From: Promineifilum sp.
GTDB taxonomy: Bacteria; Chloroflexota; Anaerolineae; Promineifilales; Promineifilaceae
Assembly: GCF_041918635.1 (NCBI RefSeq)
Contig: NZ_JAYRVJ010000009.1
Span: forward strand, 1-45,306
Direction of reading: 5' to 3'
Length of the DNA: 45,306 nt
A program made the translations under genes and the position numbers. The notes beneath the pieces are model-generated. The model had not been told where the DNA came from. It ran no database searches and saw nothing but the letters and a program-made list of their open reading frames with translations. Positions 20,912-31,592 of the stretch are shown one piece after another. Numbering within the stretch: the stretch's first letter is position 1; the number at the start of each line of letters is the position of its first letter.

Positions 20912-21949
20912 CTAGAAATCGCGGCGCAGGAGCATATCGGTCAACTGGCGCAGCGCCGCCGCCCCCGGCTCCACCGGCCGCGCCGCGGCGAGATGGGCCA
21001 GCGCTTCGTCGGAGTAGTCGGCCGCGCGTTCGACGGCATAGGCCCGCGCCCCCGCCTCATCCAGCAGGGCCACCGCGCGGCGCACAAACGTCCTGTCGTC
21101 TTCGGCCGGGGCGTCGTAGAGTTCGCGCAGCGCCGCGCTCCGCTCCAGGGCATAGAGCACCGGCAGCGTCTTCTTGCGCGTGGTGATGTCGGTGGCCGCC
21201 GACTTGCCGGTCAGCGCCTCGTCGCCCCAAATGCCGAGGATGTCATCCTGCACCTGGAAGGCCAGCCCCAGGTTCAGCCCGAAGGCCGCGAAGTGGCTCA
21301 CGCGCGCGTCGTCCGCGCCGGCCACCAGCGCGCCCAGTTCGGCGCACAGGGCGACCAGCACCGCCGTCTTGCCGGTGATCATGGCGACGTACTCCGCGAC
21401 GGCGACGGCCGGCCGCGTCTCAAAGGTCATGTCGGCGTGCTGACCGCGCGTCAGGGCGACCGAGGTCTCGTCGAAGTGGCGCAGCGCCCGCACGACAGTG
21501 GCCGGCGGCACGCCCCGCTCGGCCAGCCGGCCCAGCGCCAGGTGGGCCAGGGCGAACATGCCGTCGCCGGTGTTGATGGCCTGCGGCTGGCCCCACAACG
21601 TCCAGAGGGTGCGCCGGCCGCGGCGGGTGGGGCTGTCATCCTCGATGTCGTCGTGGACGAGGGAGAAGTTGTGCAGGATTTCAATAGCTGCCGCGGCGGG
21701 AACGGCTTGTCGCCAGTCGCCGCCGGCCGCGGCGCAGGCCAGGAGGCAGAGGATGGGGCGAATGCGCTTGCCGCTGTTGCCGCCGGCTGGTTGCAGGGCT
21801 TCGTCGGCCCAGCCCATGTGGTAGTGCATCATGCCGTAGAAGGGGTCGGCCAGGCCGGCGTCCGCGCCATCAGCGCGCAGCACGGCGCGCATCTCGGCTT
21901 CGACAGCCGGCAGGAAGGCGGCGGAAAAGGTGCTCAGTTCGTCGCTCAT
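20912..21949 (-). CDS. Short-chain polyprenyl diphosphate synthase (GGPP/FPP synthase-like)
   Basis: GKRIRP, NFSLVHDDIED..RRG, GKTA and FQVQDDILG motifs. An aromatic residue sits 5 aa before the first aspartate-rich motif. Confidence 0.9.
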   Translation of the reverse strand: MSDELSTFSAAFLPAVEAEMRAVLRADGADAGLADPFYGMMHYHMGWADEALQPAGGNSGKRIRPILCLLACAAAGGDWRQAVPAAAAIEILHNFSLVHDDIEDDSPTRRGRRTLWTLWGQPQAINTGDGMFALAHLALGRLAERGVPPATVVRALRHFDETSVALTRGQHADMTFETRPAVAVAEYVAMITGKTAVLVALCAELGALVAGADDARVSHFAAFGLNLGLAFQVQDDILGIWGDEALTGKSAATDITTRKKTLPVLYALERSAALRELYDAPAEDDRTFVRRAVALLDEAGARAYAVERAADYSDEALAHLAAARPVEPGAAALRQLTDMLLRRDF

Positions 21950-21955
21950 ATTACC

Positions 21956-22022
21956 ATCCGCAGATTAGGCAGATTTTCGTCCTTGTAAAAACCCGGTTTC
22001 TTCTGAGAAACCGGGTTTCTAC
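21956..22022. repeat. Family E arm (21956-21977) plus family C palindrome (21985-22022)
   Basis: GTAAAAACCCGGTTTCTTCTGAGAAACCGGGTTTCTAC; a second family C copy is at 32913-32949. Confidence 0.85.
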
Positions 22023-23137
22023 TAAAAGCTGGTATGTAGTGGTGTCTGGCCCAACGCGCCGATGTCGCCCGCGCCGGCGCAGAACATGGCGACGCGCAGC
22101 TCGTCGGTCAGCGCGCCGGCCAGCTGTGCCACGCCCTCCACCCCGTCCTGGTCGGCCGCCCGCAGGAACTCGCCGGCCAGACCAACCAGCGACGCGCCCA
22201 GGGCGATACACTTGGCCGCCTCGATGCCGTCGTGGATGCCGCCGCTGGCGAAGAGGGCCAGCCCCGGCGCGGCCTCGCGGCAGTAGCGCAGCGAGACGGC
22301 GGTGGGAATGCCCCAGTCGATGAACGCGCCGGCTACGCGAGCCAGGCGAGGCGTGGGCGCCCGGTGCATCTCTACCTGGCTCCACGACGTGCCGCCGGCC
22401 CCGGCCACGTCGATGGCCGCCACGCCGGCCGAAGCCAGCCGCCGCGCGTCCTCGCGCGAGAAGCCCCAGCCTACTTCCTTGGCCACCACCGGCACGGGCA
22501 GCGCCCGGCAGACGGCCTCCACCCGCCGCAGCAGTCCGGCGAAGTTGCCGTCCCCTTCGGGCTGGACGGCCTCTTGCAGGGCGTTGAAGTGCAGGATGAG
22601 GGCGTCGGCCTCGATCATGTCCACGGCGCGCCGGCAGTGGTCGATGCCGTAACCATAGTTGAGTTGCACCGCCCCCAGGTTGGCGAAGAGCAGGATGTCG
22701 GGGGCCACGTCGCGCACCTGGTAGGTGGATTCCAGCGCGGGGTCTTCGATGGCGGCGCGCATGGAACCTAGCCCCATCGCCATGCCCACCGCCTGCGCCC
22801 CGGCGGCCAGCGTGCGGTTGATGTGCCGCGCCCGCTCCGTGCCGCCGGTCATGGACGAGATGAGCAGGGGCGTCGCCTGCCGCTTGCCCAACACCTCCAC
22901 GGACGTATCCACCGCGGCCAGGTCCAGTTCGGGCAGCGCCTGGTGCATGAAGAAGTACGCCTCCAGGCCGTTGGTTAGCCTCTTGAAGGCGACGTCCTCT
23001 TCCAGGTTGATGCGGATGTGGTCGGCCTTGCGCTTCTCGTGAATGTCGGTATTCGGTTCAGGGCCGGCCGAATCGGCCTTGCGCTTCTCGTGGCTATCGG
23101 CGCCCGCGGGCGCGAGCGGGGTCGGTGCATCTTTCAT
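22022..23137 (-). CDS. fni: Type 2 (FMN-dependent) isopentenyl-diphosphate isomerase
   Basis: [37 protein letters not shown] and AGAGGTSW motifs. Confidence 0.95.
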   Translation of the reverse strand: MKDAPTPLAPAGADSHEKRKADSAGPEPNTDIHEKRKADHIRINLEEDVAFKRLTNGLEAYFFMHQALPELDLAAVDTSVEVLGKRQATPLLISSMTGGTERARHINRTLAAGAQAVGMAMGLGSMRAAIEDPALESTYQVRDVAPDILLFANLGAVQLNYGYGIDHCRRAVDMIEADALILHFNALQEAVQPEGDGNFAGLLRRVEAVCRALPVPVVAKEVGWGFSREDARRLASAGVAAIDVAGAGGTSWSQVEMHRAPTPRLARVAGAFIDWGIPTAVSLRYCREAAPGLALFASGGIHDGIEAAKCIALGASLVGLAGEFLRAADQDGVEGVAQLAGALTDELRVAMFCAGAGDIGALGQTPLHTSF

Positions 23138-23248
23138 AGACGGGTATTATAGCACGCTCGCGCCGTCGCGTACTCCGCTGAACGATGCTAGAATCACGCT
23201 CTTAGTAATCTGCGAAATCGGCGGATCATTCTCCCCCACGTGAGCCCT

Positions 23249-25999
23249 ATGTTGCTCCTGCCGTTCACCTCGACCGACGCCACGCTCCAGACCGCCGGCG
23301 GCAAGGGGGCCAATCTGGCCCGCCTGACGCACGCCGGGTTCCCCGTGCCGCCCGGCTTCATCGCCCCGACGGCCGCCTATCGCGCCTTCGTGGAAGCCAA
23401 TGAGTTAGGCGGCGTCATCGCCGCGTCCCTGACCGGCCTGGCCGCCGACGACGCGGCCCGGCTGGAAGCGGCATCGGCGGCCATTCGCGGGGCCTTCGCA
23501 CGGGGGCGCGTGCCGGAGGAGGTGGCCGCGGCGATTCGGGAGGCGTATAGAGGACTGGCCGGCGGGGACGCCGGCGATCCGAGTGTGGCTGTGCGCTCGT
23601 CGGCCACGCTGGAGGATTTGCCCGACCTGTCTTTCGCCGGGCAGCAGGACACGTTCCTCAACGTGGTGGGCGCGGAGGCGCTGCTGCGGGCGGTGGTGGA
23701 TTGCTGGTCGAGCCTGTGGACGGGGCGGGCCATCGGCTACCGGGCGCGCAACGGCCTGGATCACGAGGGGGCGGCGCTGGCGGTCATCGTGCAGGTCATG
23801 GTTCCCAGCGACGTGTCGGGTGTGCTGTTCACCGCCAACCCGCTGACAGGGTTGCTCAGCGAGTCGGTCATCGACGCCACGTTCGGGTTGGGCGAGGCGC
23901 TGGTGGCCGGGCAGGTAGAGCCGGATCACTTCGTGGTGGACGCGCGCTCCGGCGCGATCCGGTCGGTGGCGCTGGGGGCCAAGGCGGTCGCCACGCGCGG
24001 CCGGCCGGGCGGCGGGGTGGAGACGCGGGCCGAGGACGGCGCGGCGCGGCAGACGCTCGCGCCGGGCGAGATTCGGCGGCTGGTCGAGTTAGGGCAGCGA
24101 GTGCAGGCGGAGTATGGCGCGCCGCAGGATATAGAGTGGGCGCTGGCGCGGCGACATGTAGTCGGGCAATTCATTGCCGTTCCTGGCGAAGGGGAGAAGA
24201 ACGGCGATGAATCGCCTGACTACGAACTCTATCTGCTGCAATCGCGGGCCATCACGTCGCTTTTCCCCGTGCCGGAGGTGTCGTTCGACCCGCTGATCAT
24301 CTGGTTCTCGTTCGGCGCGGCGCAGGGGATGCTGGAGCCGATCACGCCGTTGGGGCGCGACAGCCTGCGCCAACTGCTGGCGGGGGCGGCCGGGCTGTTC
24401 GGGCGGCAGCCCGCGCCCGAGGAACTGCGCGTGTTCGCCGCGGCCGGAGAGCGCATCTGGGTGCGCATCAGCGACCTCATCCGCCACCCGGTCGGCCACC
24501 GCCTGTTCAAGGGTGTGGTCGACTACCTGGAGCCAAGTGTGGGGCAGATCGTCAGCGCCCTGGCCGATGACCCGCGGTTGGGGGCGGGACAGGGGCGGCT
24601 CAAGCTGAGCACGCTGTGGCAGCTGGGCCGCGTCTTTGTGCCGCTCATCGCGCGGATCATCCGCAACGCGGCGCGGCCCGCGGCGGCGAGAGCGCGGCTG
24701 GAGGCCGACATCGAGGCGTACCTGGCCGAGGCCCGTATCCCGGCCGGGGCCGACCGCTTCGAGCGGCTGGGCCACATCGCCGCCTTCCTGCGCGACCGGC
24801 TGGCGCATGGTTTCTCGTTCCTGCTGCCTCGCTTTGTGCCCGTGCTCGGCCCCAGTATGGGGTCGCTGGCCTTACTCAACAAGCTGGCCGGAGACCAACC
24901 GGCGCTAGCGCTGGAAGTGACCCGCGCCCTGCCCCAGAACGTGACGACGGAGATGGACTTGGCGCTGTGGCGGGCGGCGGCGGCCATCCGGGCCGACGCG
25001 GAAGCGGCGGCCTGTTTCGCCGCATTGGACGCGCCCGCGCTGGCCGAGCGCTACTTGCGCGGCGCGCTGCCGCCGGCGGCGCAGACGGCCGTGTCTGGCT
25101 TCCTGGAGCGGTATGGGGCGCGCGGTGTGGGCGAGATCGACATGGGCCGGGCGCGCTGGCGCGAGGAGCCGGCGCCGGTGATGCGCACCCTGCAGAGCTA
25201 CCTCCAGATTGACCCGGCAGCCGCGCCCGACGTGGTGTTTGCGCGCGGCGAGCGGGCGGCGGCCGAGGCGGTGGAGGCGTTGGCCGCCGTCGCCCGCCGC
25301 CAGCGCGGCGGGTGGCTCAAGGAGAAGGTGGCGCGGGCCGCCGCCACGCGCGTCCGGCTGATGATGGGCGCGCGCGAAAGCCCCAAGTTCTTCGCCGTAC
25401 GCGTCATGGGGATCGTTCGTGCGGCGCTGCTGGACGTGGGCGAGGCGTTCGCCGCGGCGGGGACGATTGAGCAGGCCGACGACCTGTTCTTCCTGACCAT
25501 CACTGAATTAGAGAGCCTCTCCCGCAATGAGGTTGGTAGTCAGGCGATTTATCGCCGTCTGATCGCCGAGCGTCGCGCCCTCTACGAGCGCGAGGCGCGC
25601 CGCCGCCAGGTTCCGCGCGTGCTGGTCAGCGACGGCCGGGCCTTCTACGAGGGGCTGGGCGCGCTGAGCGACGCCGGAGATGTCATCATCGGCAGCCCCG
25701 TCTCGCCGGGCGTGGCCGAGGGGGTCGTTCACGTCGTGCTGGATCCGTTCGGGACGCAACTCGCGCCGGGCGAGATTCTGGTTTGTCCCGGCACCGACCC
25801 GGGCTGGACGCCGCTCTTTCTAACTGCTGGCGGGCTCATCACCGAGGTGGGCGGGATGATGACCCACGGCTCGGTGGTGGCGCGGGAGTACGGCATCCCA
25901 GCCGTGGTGGGCGTGCATCAGGCGACGAGCCGGCTGAAGGACGGGCAGCGGATTCGAGTGGATGGCACGCAGGGGCGGATCGTGGTGCTGGACGATTGA
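23249..25999 (+). CDS. PEP-utilising enzyme with rifampin phosphotransferase-like architecture (ATP-grasp, substrate-binding and His-swivel domains)
   Basis: GGKGANL, AVRSSA..EDL..SFAGQ, GLGEALV.G, DIEWA..LQSR.IT, YG.RG.GEID..RW.E.P and TDPGWTPLF..GGMMTHGSVVAREYGIP motifs. Confidence 0.85.
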   Translation: MLLLPFTSTDATLQTAGGKGANLARLTHAGFPVPPGFIAPTAAYRAFVEANELGGVIAASLTGLAADDAARLEAASAAIRGAFARGRVPEEVAAAIREAYRGLAGGDAGDPSVAVRSSATLEDLPDLSFAGQQDTFLNVVGAEALLRAVVDCWSSLWTGRAIGYRARNGLDHEGAALAVIVQVMVPSDVSGVLFTANPLTGLLSESVIDATFGLGEALVAGQVEPDHFVVDARSGAIRSVALGAKAVATRGRPGGGVETRAEDGAARQTLAPGEIRRLVELGQRVQAEYGAPQDIEWALARRHVVGQFIAVPGEGEKNGDESPDYELYLLQSRAITSLFPVPEVSFDPLIIWFSFGAAQGMLEPITPLGRDSLRQLLAGAAGLFGRQPAPEELRVFAAAGERIWVRISDLIRHPVGHRLFKGVVDYLEPSVGQIVSALADDPRLGAGQGRLKLSTLWQLGRVFVPLIARIIRNAARPAAARARLEADIEAYLAEARIPAGADRFERLGHIAAFLRDRLAHGFSFLLPRFVPVLGPSMGSLALLNKLAGDQPALALEVTRALPQNVTTEMDLALWRAAAAIRADAEAAACFAALDAPALAERYLRGALPPAAQTAVSGFLERYGARGVGEIDMGRARWREEPAPVMRTLQSYLQIDPAAAPDVVFARGERAAAEAVEALAAVARRQRGGWLKEKVARAAATRVRLMMGARESPKFFAVRVMGIVRAALLDVGEAFAAAGTIEQADDLFFLTITELESLSRNEVGSQAIYRRLIAERRALYEREARRRQVPRVLVSDGRAFYEGLGALSDAGDVIIGSPVSPGVAEGVVHVVLDPFGTQLAPGEILVCPGTDPGWTPLFLTAGGLITEVGGMMTHGSVVAREYGIPAVVGVHQATSRLKDGQRIRVDGTQGRIVVLDD
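24158..24223. repeat. Family B element inserted in-frame (22 codons) in the PEP-utilising enzyme
   Basis: GTAGTCGGGCAATTCATTGCCGTT..AACGGCGATGAATCGCCTGACTAC is 66 nt and translates as VVGQFIAVPGEGEKNGDESPDY. Confidence 0.9.
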
Positions 26000-26085
26000 G
26001 AGCGGACGCTCTCGCCCGTTTGGGGGACGCAGGGTAGAATTGCGGACTGAAACCAGGGCGCTGGCCCTATAGCTTTGGAGAACCT

Positions 26086-27026
<941 letters not shown>

Positions 27027-27030
<4 letters not shown>

Positions 27031-28622
27031 GCGGACTACTGACGACAGACGACGGACGACGGGCAGCGCTCTTTCTGGCTATCGCCGTGATGGTCGGGTT
27101 GGCCGTCGTCCGACTGCCGCTGCCAGTCGCCGCAGGGGCGGTGGCGCTGGCGGCGGCCGTGCTGCTGGCGCTGATCAACCCGCTCTTCGGGCTGGCGCTG
27201 GCGCTGCTGGTCGGGCCGCTGGGGGCGCTGGAGAACGTCGTTCTGGGCAGCGCCCTGCTGGATAGCGGGCAGGCGGCGCTGCTGCTGGCGCTGGCGTCGT
27301 GGATCGGCGGCGGGCTGGCGCGGCGGCGGCTGTGCGTCCCGGCCACGCCGTTCAATGGGCCGTGGCTGCTCTTCGTCGCCGTCGCCGCCCTGGGCCTGTT
27401 GGACGCTTACTCCATCCCGCTGGGTCTGGTCGAACTGCTGAAATGGCTGGAGATGGGCTTGATCGTCTGGCTGATGCTCGACCTGGCCGACGACCCCACG
27501 CGCCGGCCGGTGGGTCGCCCGGCCGTCTTGCGCCTGGTGCTGGCGGCGCTGCTGCTGGCCGGGCTGATCCAGGCGCTCATCGGCGTCTGGCAATTCGGGT
27601 TGCGCGGCGATGGGCCGGAGCACTTCCTCGTCCTGGGCCGCTTCTATCGCGCCTATGGGACGTTCGAGCAGCCCAACCCGTTCGGCGGGTATATGAATTT
27701 GACGGCGTTCCTGGGGGCGGGGGTGGCATTGGGTTATGCCGCGTACCTGGCTGGCGTTAAGAGGAAGAGGAACACAGAGTTACACAGCTCTGTGTTCCTC
27801 TTCTCTGATCACGCCATCATCACACCAACCCAGTCTCGGAGCGCTCATATCATTTGGCTGATTTTTGCCCTATTGTGCGCGGGGGCGGGAACACTGGGGC
27901 TGGTCTTTTCGTGGAGTCGCGGGGCGTGGCTGGGCTTTCTGGCCGGCGGGGCGGTGTTGCTGCTGTTCAGCGCGCGGCGGGTGGCGGTGGGCGCGGCCGT
28001 GGCCGGCGTGGCGGCGGTCGTGCTGGGCGGGGGGCTGTGGCTGGGCGTGTCGGCCGGGTTCGGGCCGGCGCTGTCGGTGGCCGACCGGCTGAGCGGCTTC
28101 GGCGACGAGTTCCGCCTGGGGGACGTGCGCGGCGTGGACATCAACGACGCCAACTACGCCGTGCTGGAGCGGCTGGCCCACTGGCAGGCGGCGGCCGATA
28201 TGGCCCGCGACGACCTGTGGAGCGGCGTCGGCTTCGGCAACTACGCCGCCGCCTATCCCGACTACGCGCTCATCAATTGGCCCGACGCGCTGGGCCACGC
28301 CCACAACTACTACCTCAACCTGTTGGCCGAAGTGGGCGCGCCCGGTTTGCTGGCCTACGCGCTCTTCTGGCTGTTCGTCGTCGGCCAGACGGTGTGGCTG
28401 GCGCGGCGGCTGGCGTGGCCGGAGCGTGGGGTGGCCGTAGGGTTGCTGGCGGCCTGGGCGGCGTTGGCAGTCCACCACCTCGTGGATAAACTATACGTGA
28501 ATAATATCTACATCCACCTGGGCGGGATGCTCGGTCTGCTACAATTGCTTGTCTGGCGTGGGTTTTATGATGTAGGGCGGGTTTCCAAACCCGCCCCTAC
28601 GGACGACATTTGCCCGGTGTAG
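27027..28622 (+). CDS. O-antigen ligase/polymerase-family membrane protein
   Basis: Multiple TM helices; [30 protein letters not shown] and HAHN.YL..LAE.G motifs. The start overlaps the upstream stop. Confidence 0.85.
27764..27803. repeat. Perfect 16-bp inverted repeat inside the ligase gene (family I, related to family E)
   Basis: GAAGAGGAACACAGAG-TTACACAG-CTCTGTGTTCCTCTTC, within a low-GC island in a GC-rich gene. Confidence 0.85.
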
Positions 28623-28643
28623 GGGCGGGTTTCAAACCCGCCC
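28572..28643. repeat. Pair of family A REP-like palindromes
   Basis: GTAGGGCGGGTTTCCAAACCCGCCCCTAC and GTAGGGGCGGGTTTCAAACCCGCCC; they encode the ligase C-terminus and stop. Confidence 0.85.
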
Positions 28644-28719
28644 TGCGAGTGGGCAAGAGTCGCGGGGCCAACGATCAATGAGATGAACCGCTCACAGATG
28701 CGGCACAACGCCTCTCTTG

Positions 28720-28754
28720 AAATCTGTGCAATCTGTGAAATCTGTGGATGCTTC
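28720..28754. repeat. Family E right arm
   Basis: ATCTGTGAAATCTGTGGATGCTTC (28731-28754) is identical to 13757-13780. Confidence 0.8.
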
Positions 28755-28760
28755 AAAGGA

Positions 28761-29324
28761 ATGTCAAAAGTGGGCATGCTAATTACGGACGTTTCAAGCC
28801 GCTTTGGGATTAATCCCAGGGAGGCCAAGCGCTTTGTCAAGTTCCTGATCGTCGGCGCTATCGGCTTTGTGGTCGACTTCGGCTTCTTCAACCTCCTGCT
28901 GAACCCGATGAATGACCTTGTGTCGCCGGGGGCGGCGCTCTACACGCTGCTGGCCGGTATGGGCTTCGGCGACTACTTCATTACCCACCTCGGCCCGACG
29001 CTGGCTTCATCCATCTCGTTCGTCGCCGCCGTGTTCAGCAACTTCCTGTGGAACCGCTACTGGACGTACCCCGACTCGCGCTCCCGCTCCCGCCGCCGGC
29101 AGTTCACCATGTTCTTCCTGGTCAGCATCGTCGGCGTGCTCATCCGTATCCCCATCGTCTTCCTGATGACGCCCCTCTTCCGCTCGTTCATCAGCAGCAT
29201 CGGGCCGCTCCAGGCGTACACGACGCGCCTGGCAGACAACCTGTCGCTGGGCGTGGCGGTGGTCGTCGTCCTGTTCTGGAACTTCTTCGCCAACCGGCAC
29301 TGGACCTATAACGACGTCGAGTGA
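28761..29324 (+). CDS. GtrA-family flippase-like protein
   Basis: RFVKFLIVGAIGFVVDFG, NFLWNRYWT and WNFFANRHWT motifs. The start lies in 28761-28776. Confidence 0.85.
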   Translation: MSKVGMLITDVSSRFGINPREAKRFVKFLIVGAIGFVVDFGFFNLLLNPMNDLVSPGAALYTLLAGMGFGDYFITHLGPTLASSISFVAAVFSNFLWNRYWTYPDSRSRSRRRQFTMFFLVSIVGVLIRIPIVFLMTPLFRSFISSIGPLQAYTTRLADNLSLGVAVVVVLFWNFFANRHWTYNDVE

Positions 29325-30517
29325 AGCGCGGCGCGACCATCGGCTTCGACGTGACCGCGGCCCTGACGCAGGGGGGCGGCATCGGCCGCTACACCCGCGA
29401 ACTGATCCACGCCCTGGTCAGTGCCGCGCCGCAGTATCGGTATACGCTCTTCTCCGCCCGACCGCCGGCCGCGCCGCCCGTACCCGACTCGCTGCCGGCC
29501 GCGGCCCACGTGGCGCACCGGCCGGCCCCGGTGGACGAGCGCTGGCTCTACCGGCTGTGGTATCGCGCCAACCTGCCACTGCCTGTCCAGTTTTTCACCG
29601 GGCCGATTGACCTGTTCCACTCGCCCGACTTCGTGCTGCCGCCGGTGCGCGGTGACATCCCCACGCTGCTGACTGTCCATGATCTGTCCTTCATCCACTA
29701 CCCGGAGACGTTTCCGGCGCGGCTGGTGGTCTATCTGAACCGCGTCGTGCCCCGGTCGGTGGCGCGGGCTGGTCACATCCTGGCCGACTCCCAGGCCACG
29801 CGGCGTGACCTGGAGGCGGTGTGGGGGGTGTCGCCGGGCAAGGTGACGGTGCTCTACAGCGGCGTCAACCCGCGCTTCCGGCCGGTGCGCGACCTGGCGG
29901 CGCTGGCCGCCGTGCGCGCCCGCTACGGCCTGGGCAACCGGCCCTACGTGCTGACCGTCGGCACGGTGCAGCCGCGCAAGAATTACGAGATGCTGGTGCG
30001 CGCCTTCGCGCCGCTGGCCGAGCGCCACCCGCACACGCTGGTCATCGCCGGCGGGCGGGGTTGGCTGGTGGAGGGGCTGCTGGCCGAGATCGCGCGGCTG
30101 GGGCTGGGCGACCGGGTGCAGCTGGCCGGCTTCGTGGACGATGCCGACCTGCCCGCACTGTACTCGGCGGCCGACCTGTTCGTCTTCCCCAGCCTCTATG
30201 AGGGGTTCGGCCTGCCGCTGCTGGAGGCAATGGCCTGCGGCGCGCCGGTGGTCACGTCCGACGCCTCCAGCCTGCCGGAGGTGGTGCGGACGGACGGCGC
30301 GGCCGCGGCGCTGGCCCTGTCGCCCCACGACGAGGCGGGCTGGACGGCAGCGATGGATAGACTGCTGTCGGACGAGGTGGCGCGGCGCGCGTTGGCCGCG
30401 GCCGGCCCGGTGCAGGCGGCGCGGTTCAGCTGGGAGCGGGCGGCGGGGGAGTTGGCAGACTTGTATGCCACACTTCTGGCAGACCTCAGAGGTTTGCCGC
30501 AAACCTCTGAGGTCTAG
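29321..30517 (+). CDS. GT4 glycosyltransferase
   Basis: GGIGRY, TVHDL, VGTVQPRKN and FPSLYEGFGLPLLEAMACG motifs. Confidence 0.92.
   Translation: MKRGATIGFDVTAALTQGGGIGRYTRELIHALVSAAPQYRYTLFSARPPAAPPVPDSLPAAAHVAHRPAPVDERWLYRLWYRANLPLPVQFFTGPIDLFHSPDFVLPPVRGDIPTLLTVHDLSFIHYPETFPARLVVYLNRVVPRSVARAGHILADSQATRRDLEAVWGVSPGKVTVLYSGVNPRFRPVRDLAALAAVRARYGLGNRPYVLTVGTVQPRKNYEMLVRAFAPLAERHPHTLVIAGGRGWLVEGLLAEIARLGLGDRVQLAGFVDDADLPALYSAADLFVFPSLYEGFGLPLLEAMACGAPVVTSDASSLPEVVRTDGAAAALALSPHDEAGWTAAMDRLLSDEVARRALAAAGPVQAARFSWERAAGELADLYATLLADLRGLPQTSEV
30481..30515. repeat. Family D variant palindrome read by both convergent genes
   Basis: AGACCTCAGAGGTTT-GCCGC-AAACCTCTGAGGTCT. Confidence 0.8.
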
Positions 30518-31547
30518 AGGATTGCCGCAACCACTCGCTGAACAACAAGCTATCCGCCCACAGATGCCCGCCCGTGTCGGCCAGCACACCATAGCTGCGC
30601 AGCCGCGCCGCCGCCCCGCGAATCTCCGCCTCGTCGTAAGGTAGGCGCTCGACCGGCCGCTCCCCGGCCACGGCCAGCAGCACACTCCGCTCCACGTCGC
30701 TGAAGCAGCTCCACCACTGCTCGAAGTATGGCCCCATCTCCGACACCAGGCGCGGCGTGACGCCGGCCGGCGTGGGCCGCTGGGCGTCCGCCTTGTGGCC
30801 CAGCCAGACGGCGGCCGTAGCCTGGACAAAGAAGGGCAGCGAGCCGGCGATATGGCGGATGGCGGCCACATCCTCATCGTCGGCGGCGATGCCCACCCGC
30901 CGGGCGGGGACGCGGATCAACTCATCCAGTTCAGCCGGGCCGAGGCTGGAGAGGTAAATGGGCGTCGGGTAGAATATGTTGTAGAAGGGCGACGTGGGCG
31001 GCAGGCCGGCGAAGGCCCCCAACCGGTACAGATCCCAATAGGACGCGGTGACGTAGGCCAACTCGTAGTCCCACACGCTGGCCAGGGCGCGCAACTCAGT
31101 CAGGAACTCCCCGCCGAAGTCGGCAGCGCGCAGGTGATCGAACTCATCCAGCAGCAAGACGACGCGCCGCTCGCCCAGCTCATAGAGCAGCGACTCCACG
31201 GCATAGACGTCGGCCGGGGCGGCGTCGCCCGGCGCGGTACGGGGCGAGAGGAGACCCAACAGCCGCCGGCCGACGCGGCCGTAGAAGTCGGCGGCGTTGC
31301 GGCAGGCGGAGAGATCGACGTAGAGCAGGGCGTAGCGCGCCGCGTCGGGCAGGTGGGCGGCCATGACCACCGGGTCGGCGACGTGGCGCAGGAAGGAGGT
31401 CTTGCCGGCGCGGCGCAGGCCGAGGATGCTGACGCATTGAGCCTGCACGCCATCCAGCGTCTCGAAGAACTGGCGCGTCTGGCCGGCGCGGCCGAAGAAG
31501 TCGAACGACTGGCGGATGGGGGGGCCGACGAGGTAGGGCGACTTCAT
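30486..31547 (-). CDS. STAND-like P-loop ATPase with a short C-terminal helical region
   Basis: SPY.VGPP..FFGR, Walker A GLRRAGKTS, Walker B VVLLLDEFD and GSLPFFVQ motifs. Confidence 0.8.
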   Translation of the reverse strand: MKSPYLVGPPIRQSFDFFGRAGQTRQFFETLDGVQAQCVSILGLRRAGKTSFLRHVADPVVMAAHLPDAARYALLYVDLSACRNAADFYGRVGRRLLGLLSPRTAPGDAAPADVYAVESLLYELGERRVVLLLDEFDHLRAADFGGEFLTELRALASVWDYELAYVTASYWDLYRLGAFAGLPPTSPFYNIFYPTPIYLSSLGPAELDELIRVPARRVGIAADDEDVAAIRHIAGSLPFFVQATAAVWLGHKADAQRPTPAGVTPRLVSEMGPYFEQWWSCFSDVERSVLLAVAGERPVERLPYDEAEIRGAAARLRSYGVLADTGGHLWADSLLFSEWLRQSSRPQRFAANL

Positions 31548-31592
31548 ATCATCTCCGAAGAAAGAAGAATCCGCAGAAGAACAATCCGCAGA

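Noticed and set aside
20786-21988. 400-aa plus-strand ORF
   Set aside because: It starts in the terminator and repeat region and lies antisense to the prenyl synthase.
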